Sequence record: OR924452
Direction: 5' to 3' (one strand)
Length of the DNA stretch: 64,000 nucleotides
From: Escherichia phage 241
The translations under genes were made by a program, and so were the position numbers. Shown here one piece after another: positions 19,766 through 28,719 of the stretch (position 1 is its first letter; every line of letters starts with the position of its first letter). The notes under the pieces were generated by a model. The model ran no database searches. It had not been told where the DNA came from and was given only the letters and a program-made list of their open reading frames with translations.

Positions 19766-20605
19766 ATGAAACCTGAATTGCAAAATCTGTTTGAAGGCGT
19801 TAACGGCATCAGCCCAGATTTCCTGGATAAAGTATCCAATTTGCTGGAATCGAAAGTTGAAGCGGCTCGTCTGAAAGCTATCCAAGAAACCGAAGCAGCT
19901 GGCAACGTCGAGCGCCTGAATCTGGTAGAATCTCACCAGAAAGAAATCGCCGACCTGAAAGAAAATTTCATTCTGCAATTGGCTGGGAAAGTTGACTCAT
20001 TCCTCAACGCGGTGGTTGAAGAATGGGCTAACAAAAATGCCCCAGCTATTGACGCTCAGATCAAAACTGAAGCTGCTGAACGCTTCCTCACTGGTTTCTC
20101 CAACGTGCTGAAAGAAGCAGGTGTGAGTTTCGCTACTGACCCAGACGGTCAGATTGCCGCCCTCACCAGTCGCCTTGCTGAAGCAGAACAACGCGCCAAC
20201 ATGGCTAATACAGAGTTGAGCCAACTCAAAGAAAGCGAGACTAAACGCCAGCGCACCGACGTAATTGATCGCATTTGTGAAGGTATGGTTGACACCAAGA
20301 AAGACACTGTTGTCAACCTGCTGGAAGGTATTGAATTCCAGACCGAGTCTGAATTCGAATCGCGTGTTCGCACCTTCCGTAATCTGGTAGAAGGTAAAGA
20401 TGACTTCTCTGACAAAGTCGGTAAAGACAATGAAAAGGGTAAGCCAGATGGCGACAAGGCTGAAAAAGACATCAAAGAAGGTAAGAAACAGAAAAAAGAA
20501 GGTGATGTTGTTGACGACGATAAAGACGACGACGACAGAGACGAAGTTGGCAAAGAAGTCAACGAAGCCGTCCGTCGCCAGATCAGCGCCATTCTGAACG
20601 GCTAA
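19766..20605 (+). CDS. prohead scaffolding protein, T4 gp22-like
   Basis: Acidic, alanine/glutamate-rich, coiled-coil-like protein with poly-Asp tail; between protease and major capsid genes. Confidence 0.7.
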   Translation: MKPELQNLFEGVNGISPDFLDKVSNLLESKVEAARLKAIQETEAAGNVERLNLVESHQKEIADLKENFILQLAGKVDSFLNAVVEEWANKNAPAIDAQIKTEAAERFLTGFSNVLKEAGVSFATDPDGQIAALTSRLAEAEQRANMANTELSQLKESETKRQRTDVIDRICEGMVDTKKDTVVNLLEGIEFQTESEFESRVRTFRNLVEGKDDFSDKVGKDNEKGKPDGDKAEKDIKEGKKQKKEGDVVDDDKDDDDRDEVGKEVNEAVRRQISAILNG

Positions 20606-20696
20606 TTTTAGCAGCCACAGCCCTCGAAAGGGGGCTTGATTTTGAACTACTAAGTAATTTCAACTTAACTGAATATCAATGTAAGGAACGAGCATC

Positions 20697-22019
20697 ATGA
20701 CTAAGAAACTTGTAACCGAAGAAATGCGCAAACAGTGGCTGCCAGTTCTCCAAAAAGAATCTGAAGCCATCCAACCTCTGTCTGCCGAAAACGTAACCAT
20801 CCGTCTGATGCAAAACCAGGCCGAGTGGAACGCTAAAAACCTGGGCGAATCCGACGCTCCTGGTTCTGTAAACAGCACTGTCGGTAAATGGCAGCCAGTC
20901 CTGATCGACATGGCAAAACGTCTGGCGCCGATCAACATCGCAATGGACTTCTTCGGCGTTCAGCCGCTGTCTGGTCCTGATGGTCAGATCTTCGCACTGC
21001 GTGCTCGCCAAGGCGTTGGTGACGGTTCTACTACCGCTCAGGCGCGTAAAGAACTGTTCATGAACGAAGCCGATTCCGGCTACTCTGGTGATGGCACTGT
21101 ACAGGCTGGTGACCCGTCAGGCTTCAGTCAGGCTGAGATCGAAGGTTCCGGCTCTGTCGTGACCACTATCGGTAAAGGTATGCCGTCAACCGACGCGGAA
21201 CTGCTGGGTACTACCACCAATCCGTGGGCGCGTGTTGGTATCACCGTTCAGAAAGCGACCGTTACTGCCAAGTCTCGCGGCCTGTATGCTGATTACAGCC
21301 ATGAACTGCGTCAGGATATGATGGCAATTCACGGCGAAGACGTGGACAATATCCTGTCTGACGTGATGGTAACTGAAATTCAGGCGGAAATGAACCGTGA
21401 ATTCATCCGCACCATGAACTTCAGTGCTGTTCGTTTCAAAAAATTCGGCACCAACGGTGTTGTTGATATCGCGCAGGACATCTCCGGTCGTTGGGCGCTG
21501 GAAAAATGGAAATTCCTGACTTTCATGCTGGAAGTCGAAGCGAATGGTATCGGCGTTGACACCCGTCGTGGTAAAGGCAACCGTGTTCTGTGTTCTCCGA
21601 ACGTGGCGTCTGCTCTGGCGATGTCCGGCATGCTGGACTATGCTCCGGTTCTGCAGGAAAACACCAAACTGGCTGTTGACCCGACTGGTCAGACCTTCGC
21701 GGGTGTTCTGTCCAACGGTATGCGCGTCTATGTTGACCCGTATGCTGTAGCAGAATATATCACCCTGGCGTACAAAGGCGCGACTGCGCTGGATGCTGGT
21801 ATCTTCTTCGCACCGTATGTGCCGCTGGAAATGTACCGCACCCAGGGTGAAACCACCTTCGCTCCGCGTATGGCGTTCAAAACCCGTTACGGCATCTGTG
21901 CTAACCCGTTCGTTCAGATTCCGGCTAACCAAGACCCGCAGGTTTACGTGACTGCTGACGGTATTGCTCAAGACAGCAACCCATACTTCCGTAAAGGTCT
22001 CATCAAATCTCTGTTCTAA
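20697..22019 (+). CDS. major capsid protein, T4 gp23-like
   Basis: INIAMDFFGVQPLSGPDGQIFALRARQG matches T4 gp23 NLIAFDICGVQPMNSPTGQVFALRAVYG; C-terminal AFKTRYGICANPF matches GFKTRYGIGINPF. Confidence 0.9.
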   Translation: MTKKLVTEEMRKQWLPVLQKESEAIQPLSAENVTIRLMQNQAEWNAKNLGESDAPGSVNSTVGKWQPVLIDMAKRLAPINIAMDFFGVQPLSGPDGQIFALRARQGVGDGSTTAQARKELFMNEADSGYSGDGTVQAGDPSGFSQAEIEGSGSVVTTIGKGMPSTDAELLGTTTNPWARVGITVQKATVTAKSRGLYADYSHELRQDMMAIHGEDVDNILSDVMVTEIQAEMNREFIRTMNFSAVRFKKFGTNGVVDIAQDISGRWALEKWKFLTFMLEVEANGIGVDTRRGKGNRVLCSPNVASALAMSGMLDYAPVLQENTKLAVDPTGQTFAGVLSNGMRVYVDPYAVAEYITLAYKGATALDAGIFFAPYVPLEMYRTQGETTFAPRMAFKTRYGICANPFVQIPANQDPQVYVTADGIAQDSNPYFRKGLIKSLF

Positions 22020-22039
22020 TCAACAGGTTTTGATAAACA

Positions 22040-22064
22040 AACCCCGCCATGTGCGGGGTTTTTC
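22040..22064 (+). terminator. rho-independent terminator
   Basis: CCCCGC-CATGT-GCGGGG hairpin followed by TTTTT after capsid gene. Confidence 0.7.
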
Positions 22065-22115
22065 TTTATAGGGATATGTAAGATAATAAAGCCTCATTTA
22101 TCAAAGGAGGTTAAA

Positions 22116-22352
22116 ATGTCTCATCAATTATCCGGCGGTGCCATCGATACTCTATTCGTTCTTTTCTGGTTTGGACCTCGTGAAGCTGGGGAAATACCTG
22201 CTAAATCTGGAGAAGCCGAATTGGCATCCCTGGGGTTTTGTAAACGAGTTGATGTTAAAAACGTACCAAAAGGTCGAGATACACATCTGTGTGTACTCAC
22301 CGAGGAAGGTTACAAATACGCATATCTGAAATATGTTTCTCAAAATACGTGA
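22116..22352 (+). CDS. hypothetical protein (78 aa), possible small winged-helix protein
   Basis: Strong AAAGGAGG RBS; function guess is weak. Confidence 0.5.
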   Translation: MSHQLSGGAIDTLFVLFWFGPREAGEIPAKSGEAELASLGFCKRVDVKNVPKGRDTHLCVLTEEGYKYAYLKYVSQNT

Positions 22353-22439
22353 TTGTTTATCGTAACGATTTAATACGCGAATAGTTCAATAACAATTCCT
22401 GTTGTACGATATAACTTTCTTACAACAGGAGTATCAGTC

Positions 22440-22754
22440 ATGACAACCCGAAATATTACCTCTGAACAATCCGTGTCACAAATCCTCATTAATTCCCGCA
22501 CCCAAAAAGAACGTCTTTTTGACATCCTCACTAATGTGATCAATATTCGTCGACAATTAGATGGTGAATTTCCCGAATCTGATTCTGAAGAAAAATCAAC
22601 ATACAATCCAGGTCTTGTTGGTGCTATCCTTAACATACAAGGAGAGCAGGACGATATCATCGATAGAATCAATGCCCACATGGACGTCATCCATACTAAA
22701 CTGGGAACGTTTTATCACCCAAATTGTGAAGACGAGTCTAAAGATAATTGTTAA
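22440..22754 (+). CDS. hypothetical protein (104 aa)
   Basis: ORF with AGGAG RBS. Confidence 0.5.
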   Translation: MTTRNITSEQSVSQILINSRTQKERLFDILTNVINIRRQLDGEFPESDSEEKSTYNPGLVGAILNIQGEQDDIIDRINAHMDVIHTKLGTFYHPNCEDESKDNC

Positions 22755-22815
22755 TGTTTTCAATAAATGGGTAATGAACCATCATTACCCAACTTTCACA
22801 ATAGGAATACAACTC

Positions 22816-23010
22816 ATGGCAAAAGAAACTCTTAACAATGAAAACTCCAACTTTGCAGAATGGCATACCGAATTAGAGCGCGTTGCCCGTTCTCAACATG
22901 GTTCTGCCGCTGATGCAGATGCTTGGCGTGAAGATTATGAATCTGGCAAAACTCCACGTCAGGCTTGGGAAGACGAATGGGGGTGGGATGATGCCGACTC
23001 TAATCCGTAA
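22816..23010 (+). CDS. hypothetical protein (64 aa)
   Basis: ATG at 22816 chosen over upstream non-ATG start that overlaps previous gene. Confidence 0.35.
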   Translation: MAKETLNNENSNFAEWHTELERVARSQHGSAADADAWREDYESGKTPRQAWEDEWGWDDADSNP

Positions 23011-23221
23011 GATATATCTGGATAAGAACTATTTGGAATCTAAAATCGAAATTTTCACGGCTCAAAAAATATTTGAAGACGGTGAAACGAGATATTATCT
23101 GAAGCCAGATCTTTATCTACCAGGAAGTAATTTGAATTGCGACATAACCCAAATGGACGGCACGATCATTCGTTGGGAGTTGGCAAGTCAAGAAGACTCA
23201 TGCAACCATTTATCACTTTGA
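22988..23221 (+). CDS. hypothetical protein (77 aa)
   Basis: ATG at 22988 overlapping end of previous ORF; alternative frame. Confidence 0.3.
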   Translation: MMPTLIRKIYLDKNYLESKIEIFTAQKIFEDGETRYYLKPDLYLPGSNLNCDITQMDGTIIRWELASQEDSCNHLSL

Positions 23222-23236
23222 AGAGAGAACTACATC

Positions 23237-23677
23237 ATGTCAAAAGGAAAATACATATTCATCAGCCCCGCCACGAAAGAGTTCTTCATCTCCGACGTGA
23301 AAGATCGTGTTGAGAAGTTCCGCTACATGCGCAGCTATGGTTTGCCATCTGGTGATATTGATTATCAGTCACTGGACAATGATCGCCAGGATCTGATTGA
23401 TGACGGCTGGCGTTTAGTCCCCTCCCCTCAGTACATCCACATCAAGCTGTACTACATGAAGGACAGCGGGAAGTATTATTCTGAAGGCGAACTTGTCCTC
23501 AATCGCGGCGAGGCCGAGGCCGAACCTGCTAAGAACTGGATGATGGCAATGGATCAAATCCGTGGACTGCTAGATTCCGGCAATCTGCCTGGCCTGATCA
23601 AGGGTTCTAAATTCGACGTGTTCGTTACTGGCCAGGGTCATCCTGGTGGTTATCCGCATTTGTTCCGTATTAACTGA
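23237..23677 (+). CDS. hypothetical protein (146 aa)
   Basis: ORF preceded by AGAGAACTACATC-ATG initiation context. Confidence 0.5.
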   Translation: MSKGKYIFISPATKEFFISDVKDRVEKFRYMRSYGLPSGDIDYQSLDNDRQDLIDDGWRLVPSPQYIHIKLYYMKDSGKYYSEGELVLNRGEAEAEPAKNWMMAMDQIRGLLDSGNLPGLIKGSKFDVFVTGQGHPGGYPHLFRIN

Positions 23678-23685
23678 GGTCCGAT

Positions 23686-23922
23686 ATGAGAATCAAAAAG
23701 ATTGGAGCAAGCCCGTTGACGGGCACTATCTTCCAAGGTACATTGAATACCAAAACCAGTATGTGGGTAGGTGAGAAGACCGACGTGACTAACGACTGTG
23801 TAGCGGCTACGGCTGAACACATGCGCCACATCAAGAAAGACTACTGCTTCCCTACTAAAGACGGCAAGTTCCTGGTGCTGAGCGCTGAGGTTCACGACAC
23901 TCTTCCTGATCGCTTCAAATAA
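23686..23922 (+). CDS. hypothetical protein (78 aa)
   Basis: ORF with GAGG RBS. Confidence 0.45.
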   Translation: MRIKKIGASPLTGTIFQGTLNTKTSMWVGEKTDVTNDCVAATAEHMRHIKKDYCFPTKDGKFLVLSAEVHDTLPDRFK

Positions 23923-23947
23923 ATTTAAAATTTATTCAATAAACGGG

Positions 23948-23976
23948 GTTTACTTCTTCAATAAACCCCGTATACT
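23948..23976 (+). promoter_or_regulatory. sigma70-like early promoter (-35 GTTTAC, -10 TATACT, 17-nt spacer)
   Basis: GTTTACTTCTTCAATAAACCCCGTATACT; same architecture repeated at 58621 and 42577/42929. Confidence 0.5.
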
Positions 23977-24025
23977 TCATTCCATAAGCAGCACAACACT
24001 GACTCTGAAATGAAGGAACTACATC

Positions 24026-24490
24026 ATGACAACCGTAAAAATCTCCGTCTGGGCATTCAACAATTTCACCAAATTTGACGCGTTTGTTAAAAACGCTCTG
24101 GGCATCACCAACATAGAATCTTTCACTTCTTATGACCGCGAAGATCAGGTCAAAATGCTTCGTCCTGAAATCGACCTTGACGCAATGCTGAACGCCATCA
24201 AGAATCACGATGACAATCTGGCTGAATTCGAAAACCTCCGCACCTCTATCTTCAAAAAGAATGGCGGCATCCGTAAGCTGAGCAACAAAACCATCAAATA
24301 TGTCACCGAAGGGTTCTTTGTGGTGTTCGACTTCATAGAAACCAAGCCGAACGAACTTCGTAAAGATTTAGACGGCAACGTTATCACCCTGAAAATGTTT
24401 GGCGAAGCCAAGGCCGATATGATGCGTGATGGCCTGTGTGATGAGACATTCACATACGACGAATATTGCGATCAGTGCCAAGATCTGTAA
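24026..24490 (+). CDS. hypothetical protein (154 aa)
   Basis: ORF downstream of early promoter; GGAACTACATC-ATG context. Confidence 0.5.
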   Translation: MTTVKISVWAFNNFTKFDAFVKNALGITNIESFTSYDREDQVKMLRPEIDLDAMLNAIKNHDDNLAEFENLRTSIFKKNGGIRKLSNKTIKYVTEGFFVVFDFIETKPNELRKDLDGNVITLKMFGEAKADMMRDGLCDETFTYDEYCDQCQDL

Positions 24491-24558
24491 TTTGTTCTAA
24501 ACCATTTGAACGGGTATGTTAAAATCATACCCAACCCCTACAAATAGAGGACTATAAC

Positions 24559-24876
24559 ATGGCTTGTAAAACACCAGAAATGAAATTAGTTGTTTCTTCA
24601 AAGGGGCGTCGCAGCCGCAGTCGAAATCTCATCACCCGTTTAGATATTCTACGTCAAAAATATCAAGCCCACAGCGTATTCACACGCATCCGTAACGCAT
24701 TAAAGGAAGGGCGAACCGAGTTGGAGCTATATCGTCCAAACGGTTCGACTCGTGCGTATCAGACCACCGACGGCTTGCTGGAACTGATCCGCCTGAGTGG
24801 GATGACAATCGAACCCCGCTCGTCAGGGACTCCCCTGTGCTCCCTTTATGTCATCGGCAATCTTGGGGCGCTGTGA
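24559..24876 (+). CDS. hypothetical basic protein (105 aa)
   Basis: ORF with AGAGGA RBS. Confidence 0.45.
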   Translation: MACKTPEMKLVVSSKGRRSRSRNLITRLDILRQKYQAHSVFTRIRNALKEGRTELELYRPNGSTRAYQTTDGLLELIRLSGMTIEPRSSGTPLCSLYVIGNLGAL

Positions 24877-24881
24877 GTTCT

Positions 24882-25304
24882 ATGAAGAAATATGTCGTGC
24901 TCATTACAGGTTCCCGCTCAATAACCGAGCGGGATAAAATCTTCGCCAAACTGGATGAACTGTTAGATCCCCACGAGATCGAAACTTTTATAGAAGGTGA
25001 AGCGGTTGGTGTGGACTTGATATCTCGTGATTGGTGTGAAATCAATTATGTCCATGTTACGCCAATGGGGATCCCTAAGGATTATCACACGATATATGGG
25101 AAAGGCGCAGGAAACCAACGTAACAAAGATATGTTAGACAAAGCTACAACCCTGGCCAAACAAAAAGGTCTTGAGGTCTTTGGAATTGCGTTATGGGATG
25201 GTTCGTCTACTGGGACGCAAGACATGATTACCCGCATGAAAAAAGCAGGAGTCAATGTCAATATCACTCTCATGGGCAAACCCAAAACCAAACGATTGTT
25301 ATAA
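24882..25304 (+). CDS. possible SLOG-family (LOG/DprA-like) nucleotide-binding protein
   Basis: N-terminal VVLITGSRS and GxxxGxD pattern suggest a Rossmann-like SLOG fold; weak. Confidence 0.35.
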   Translation: MKKYVVLITGSRSITERDKIFAKLDELLDPHEIETFIEGEAVGVDLISRDWCEINYVHVTPMGIPKDYHTIYGKGAGNQRNKDMLDKATTLAKQKGLEVFGIALWDGSSTGTQDMITRMKKAGVNVNITLMGKPKTKRLL

Positions 25305-25326
25305 ATATGTTTGCCTTCACACCCAT

Positions 25327-25509
25327 ATGGAGTTAGCTATGCTGCAATTAATTTTGATTCTTTGCGTCGCTTTTACCATGTACTTTCTGGCGCGAATCAG
25401 TTATATCACACTAAATGATCTGAAAAATACACCACGCGAACCTAAATTTATATTTCTAAAGAAATACACCAAAAAGTTCTGCGAGAATTTTATCTATCAT
25501 CTTCCATGA
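25327..25509 (+). CDS. small hydrophobic protein (about 60 aa)
   Basis: Hydrophobic segment LILILCVAFTMYFLA; start ambiguous (25327 or 25339). Confidence 0.3.
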   Translation: MELAMLQLILILCVAFTMYFLARISYITLNDLKNTPREPKFIFLKKYTKKFCENFIYHLP

Positions 25510-25540
25510 TTATAAATACCCCCAAAATTGGGGGTATTTT

Positions 25541-26269
25541 ATGAACGCACAAATCTACGATGTCCTTTCCTCTGGTAACGCATTTAGCAACCCGCTTCCG
25601 TCCCTCTCCGGTCCCTCACAGGATTTAATCACCAGTGGTAGTACCAATATACCATTGATAACTGCCAACGCGACTCCGGAAATGCAGTTGGCTATGTCAG
25701 CAGGTGGATTAACACCAGATAAACTTACAGCAGCCACAAACATGTATAGCTCTGCCAACACGGGGATAACGACACTGAACACATATGGCGACCAGAGCAT
25801 AAATGAAGCGTATTCAAGAATTGGGACTTCCGTTTCATATAAATCAGGTTTGAAAAGTATATCACGGGAACCAAACAATTGTGACCTGATCAACAAAGCA
25901 TTCGGTGTTGTTCAGGATCTAGGCCGCCAATGGTTAAACGCTATGGAAGGCGCTCTCCAGACTGTGACTAACAAGATATCGGAATTGTATGACATGATTA
26001 TGGAAGGTGCCTCAGAAGGTATGGCAAAACTACAGCAATTGGCTGCTGAAGTAACAGGACATATCAATGAGGCAATAACCGCCGTCAATGGAGTTATAAA
26101 CGATATCACCGATGGGATAGCTGCAGAACTTGCTCATATTGAAAGTATGATCAAAGAATGTCTAAACTTCTCTTTTGCGAATGTTCTTGGAGAATGGGCC
26201 AAAGATCTCTGTGCTGGAGGCGTTATTGATAAAATAGGGACTCCAGAATTAAAAGAGTCCCTGAAATAA
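25541..26269 (+). CDS. hypothetical protein (242 aa), possibly late/structural
   Basis: Preceded by TATAAATA (25511-25518) adjacent to a CCCCC-AAAATT-GGGGG hairpin. Confidence 0.5.
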   Translation: MNAQIYDVLSSGNAFSNPLPSLSGPSQDLITSGSTNIPLITANATPEMQLAMSAGGLTPDKLTAATNMYSSANTGITTLNTYGDQSINEAYSRIGTSVSYKSGLKSISREPNNCDLINKAFGVVQDLGRQWLNAMEGALQTVTNKISELYDMIMEGASEGMAKLQQLAAEVTGHINEAITAVNGVINDITDGIAAELAHIESMIKECLNFSFANVLGEWAKDLCAGGVIDKIGTPELKESLK

Positions 26270-26890
26270 TCAATGTCTAGCGGGGAGAACTCCCACTGGT
26301 TCGATACCTTCCATCACCAGGGAGTTCACCCCAACATCACTCATTCGAATCCATACTTTACCGCCTGGTCTTATTTCATAGATGTTCATTTCATTACCCA
26401 CAGCAGATCCATTAACGAAAACACCCTGAGTGGCAATTCGGATCGGAGATTTGGTGTTATTAACTATCTGAAATGATATTGCAACGTCTCTGGTGATTTC
26501 TACGTCCCTTGCTTGAGTATTCCTTCTAAGTTTGTCAAAGAAAGAAGGATTGAAAGTCGCTATGATGCTATTATTCTGAGAGTAATAAATACTTGCGGAT
26601 AGATATGGGATCTTTCCTTCGTCACCTTTCCTCAATAGGGGAATCGTGGTTTTCCAGTATGGTCTCAGTGACTGGTTGTTATCATCAAAACAACCAACAG
26701 CTTGAAGAGTCTGGAAGTTCTGAAAATCAGATACTACTTGATTCAGAATATTTTTATTGCATTTATCAATGTCGGCTGAGATGTTAACAGGTATGGTTCT
26801 GATTTCAGGATCCCAGAGGTCGGTTACAGAAATGACGGACGTGACAAAGATACGGCAACTTGTGAGTGCAAGCACCATTATCATCGTCAT
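26270..26890 (-). CDS. predicted lipoprotein (minus strand)
   Basis: Within ORF 26270-26968, internal Met gives MTMIMVLALTSC signal with lipobox LTSC. Confidence 0.5.
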   Translation of the reverse strand: MTMIMVLALTSCRIFVTSVISVTDLWDPEIRTIPVNISADIDKCNKNILNQVVSDFQNFQTLQAVGCFDDNNQSLRPYWKTTIPLLRKGDEGKIPYLSASIYYSQNNSIIATFNPSFFDKLRRNTQARDVEITRDVAISFQIVNNTKSPIRIATQGVFVNGSAVGNEMNIYEIRPGGKVWIRMSDVGVNSLVMEGIEPVGVLPARH

Positions 26891-26953
26891 GATCCATTTT
26901 CTGAATCCGCGTATCAGGAACACTAAAACGTTCTCCACAGCAAAGGTGCTAAC

Positions 26954-27451
26954 ATGACAGGTGTACAATTCAAAAACGAAAATCCTAATTTCGCGGCTTC
27001 CGATAAATGGCGCTTAACTATCGGAGACCTGATATTGCTTACTCGTTCAATACATGACTTCAGTATTCCTGGAGTGTATTCTGAAGGTATCGAGGGACCA
27101 TCCCCTGGCGATGTGCTCAACTCCATACCTTCAGAACGTCTCACGTATGACCCCATCGTATTTACGTTCGTTATCGATGAGAGTTGGTACAACTGGGAAC
27201 AGATTTACAATTGGATTGCGTCTAATGCTGGATCTGATTTAGCTGTCAGCCGCGACATCACCATCGACCTTCTTGATAACATGAATCGACCTGTTGGTCT
27301 ACAATTGTTGTTGGAAGAAGCCCGTCCCACAGCTTTGGATAACGTATTGGTGGATGTGGATGCTGCGGTTCCCCAACTGGTCACGACTGTCACGTTCAAA
27401 TATTTGAAACTGACTCCGACTCGCGTCACCCGCGAAATTGATAAACAATAA
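26954..27451 (+). CDS. hypothetical protein (165 aa), possible tail-tube-fold baseplate protein
   Basis: Weak similarity in residue pattern to tail-tube family proteins; upstream of uvsY. Confidence 0.3.
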   Translation: MTGVQFKNENPNFAASDKWRLTIGDLILLTRSIHDFSIPGVYSEGIEGPSPGDVLNSIPSERLTYDPIVFTFVIDESWYNWEQIYNWIASNAGSDLAVSRDITIDLLDNMNRPVGLQLLLEEARPTALDNVLVDVDAAVPQLVTTVTFKYLKLTPTRVTREIDKQ

Positions 27452-27489
27452 GTTATAATACAGAGAGTTGAAACAGCAGGGAATAAATC

Positions 27490-27945
27490 ATGAGCGAAAC
27501 AAAACTTGAAACGATGAAAACCGAAGATATAATGGCAGAATTGGAACCTCTTATTTCGGTAAATCCTGAAGACATGAACTTAGACCAAATGTCATTGAAA
27601 ATTGGTCGTTCGTGGATGACTGTGCAACGCCATTATATTCGTGAAGGAAGATATCTGGAGTATCTAACTGGCAAATTCCGCCAAATAGATCTCTATTTAC
27701 GCCGATTTTATGCAGGGGAATTGCCGCCCAACGTTTATGTTGAACGCCCATTAAAAGTTCGACCCCTGAAATCTGATATAGACGTATGGGTAAAAGCAGA
27801 TGATGATTATATCGAATTGTCTAGCATGCTTCAAGAGCAGAAAGCCAAAGTCAAGTTCATCGAAAGTTGCTTAGATCGTTTGAACAAACTCGGATATGAA
27901 GTGAAGAATGCTATTGATTGGCGAAAATATTTGGATGGGATGTAA
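27490..27945 (+). CDS. uvsY: recombination mediator UvsY-like
   Basis: C-terminal CLDRLNKLGYEVKNAIDWRKYLDG resembles T4 UvsY ALDAIKSRGFAIKHIQDMRAFEAG; adjacent to uvsW as in T4. Confidence 0.6.
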   Translation: MSETKLETMKTEDIMAELEPLISVNPEDMNLDQMSLKIGRSWMTVQRHYIREGRYLEYLTGKFRQIDLYLRRFYAGELPPNVYVERPLKVRPLKSDIDVWVKADDDYIELSSMLQEQKAKVKFIESCLDRLNKLGYEVKNAIDWRKYLDGM

Positions 27946-28691
27946 TGGTTTCTCTACAGGCTTTGCGCAAACTTAATGACTTTGAAAATCGTCATCATAC
28001 ATTTCAGCAATATTCCTTGCCGTTTAAGGAACTGACTTGCGTAACTACCGAAAATGGTCGTCACTATGTTTCTCCCACTGGAGTCAAACTAACTTCAGTG
28101 ACGACCATGTTAGGGCGTACTGGTGACCACACATGGTTAGAAGCCTGGCGGGACAAGTTGGGGCATGAAGCTGCTGATATAGAAACACATCGTTGCGCAG
28201 ACCGTGGGGAAAAACTTCATTTGGCTTGTGAGTTGTATCTCAAAAACAGACCAATGAAGGAAGTTCTGGAAGCTGCAGGGGAATACGTGTTTATGTTCAA
28301 ACAGGTTTTCCCCTACCTTAACAAAATGAGCAAGATATATGCACAAGAGATTCCATTATATAGCGAAGTCCTGGGTCTTGCTGGTCGTGTTGACCTTATC
28401 GGGGTTTACGAAGGAATTCCAAGCATAATCGATTTCAAAACATCCAACACCCTGAAAACTCGGAGCATGATAGAAGATTACAGCATTCAACTATGCCTGT
28501 ACTCAGTCATGTTTCAACAGATGTTTAATGTTAAGATCGAACGTTTGGTCAATATTATATCTAATGAAAATTCTCTTGTCCCGACTATAATCGAATTTAA
28601 TCGAAAAGACGTTATTTCTAAAATGTTTGATCGTGTTCGCCTGTATCATAAAATGGATAAAGAACAGAACGGGATCTGGGCGGATCGCTAA
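27945..28691 (+). CDS. PD-(D/E)xK family nuclease (Cas4/RecB-like fold)
   Basis: GRVDLIG...IIDFKTS matches the D...(D/E)xK core; ATG 27945 overlaps uvsY stop (TAATG). Confidence 0.5.
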   Translation: MVSLQALRKLNDFENRHHTFQQYSLPFKELTCVTTENGRHYVSPTGVKLTSVTTMLGRTGDHTWLEAWRDKLGHEAADIETHRCADRGEKLHLACELYLKNRPMKEVLEAAGEYVFMFKQVFPYLNKMSKIYAQEIPLYSEVLGLAGRVDLIGVYEGIPSIIDFKTSNTLKTRSMIEDYSIQLCLYSVMFQQMFNVKIERLVNIISNENSLVPTIIEFNRKDVISKMFDRVRLYHKMDKEQNGIWADR

Positions 28692-28695
28692 ATAC
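28688..28695 (+). promoter_or_regulatory. late-promoter-like motif CTAAATAC
   Basis: About 25 nt upstream of uvsW ATG 28720 (uvsW is a late gene in T4). Confidence 0.45.
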
Positions 28696-28719
28696 TCCAT
28701 AATATTGGGGGAATTAGTG

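Noticed and set aside
20621-20645. Weak hairpin after the scaffold gene as a terminator
   Set aside because: Stem is only about 5 bp with a large loop and no clean T-run; more likely an RNA structure or nothing
21186-21971. 261-aa minus-strand ORF inside the major capsid gene
   Set aside because: Antisense to the gp23-like gene, which matches T4 capsid protein blocks
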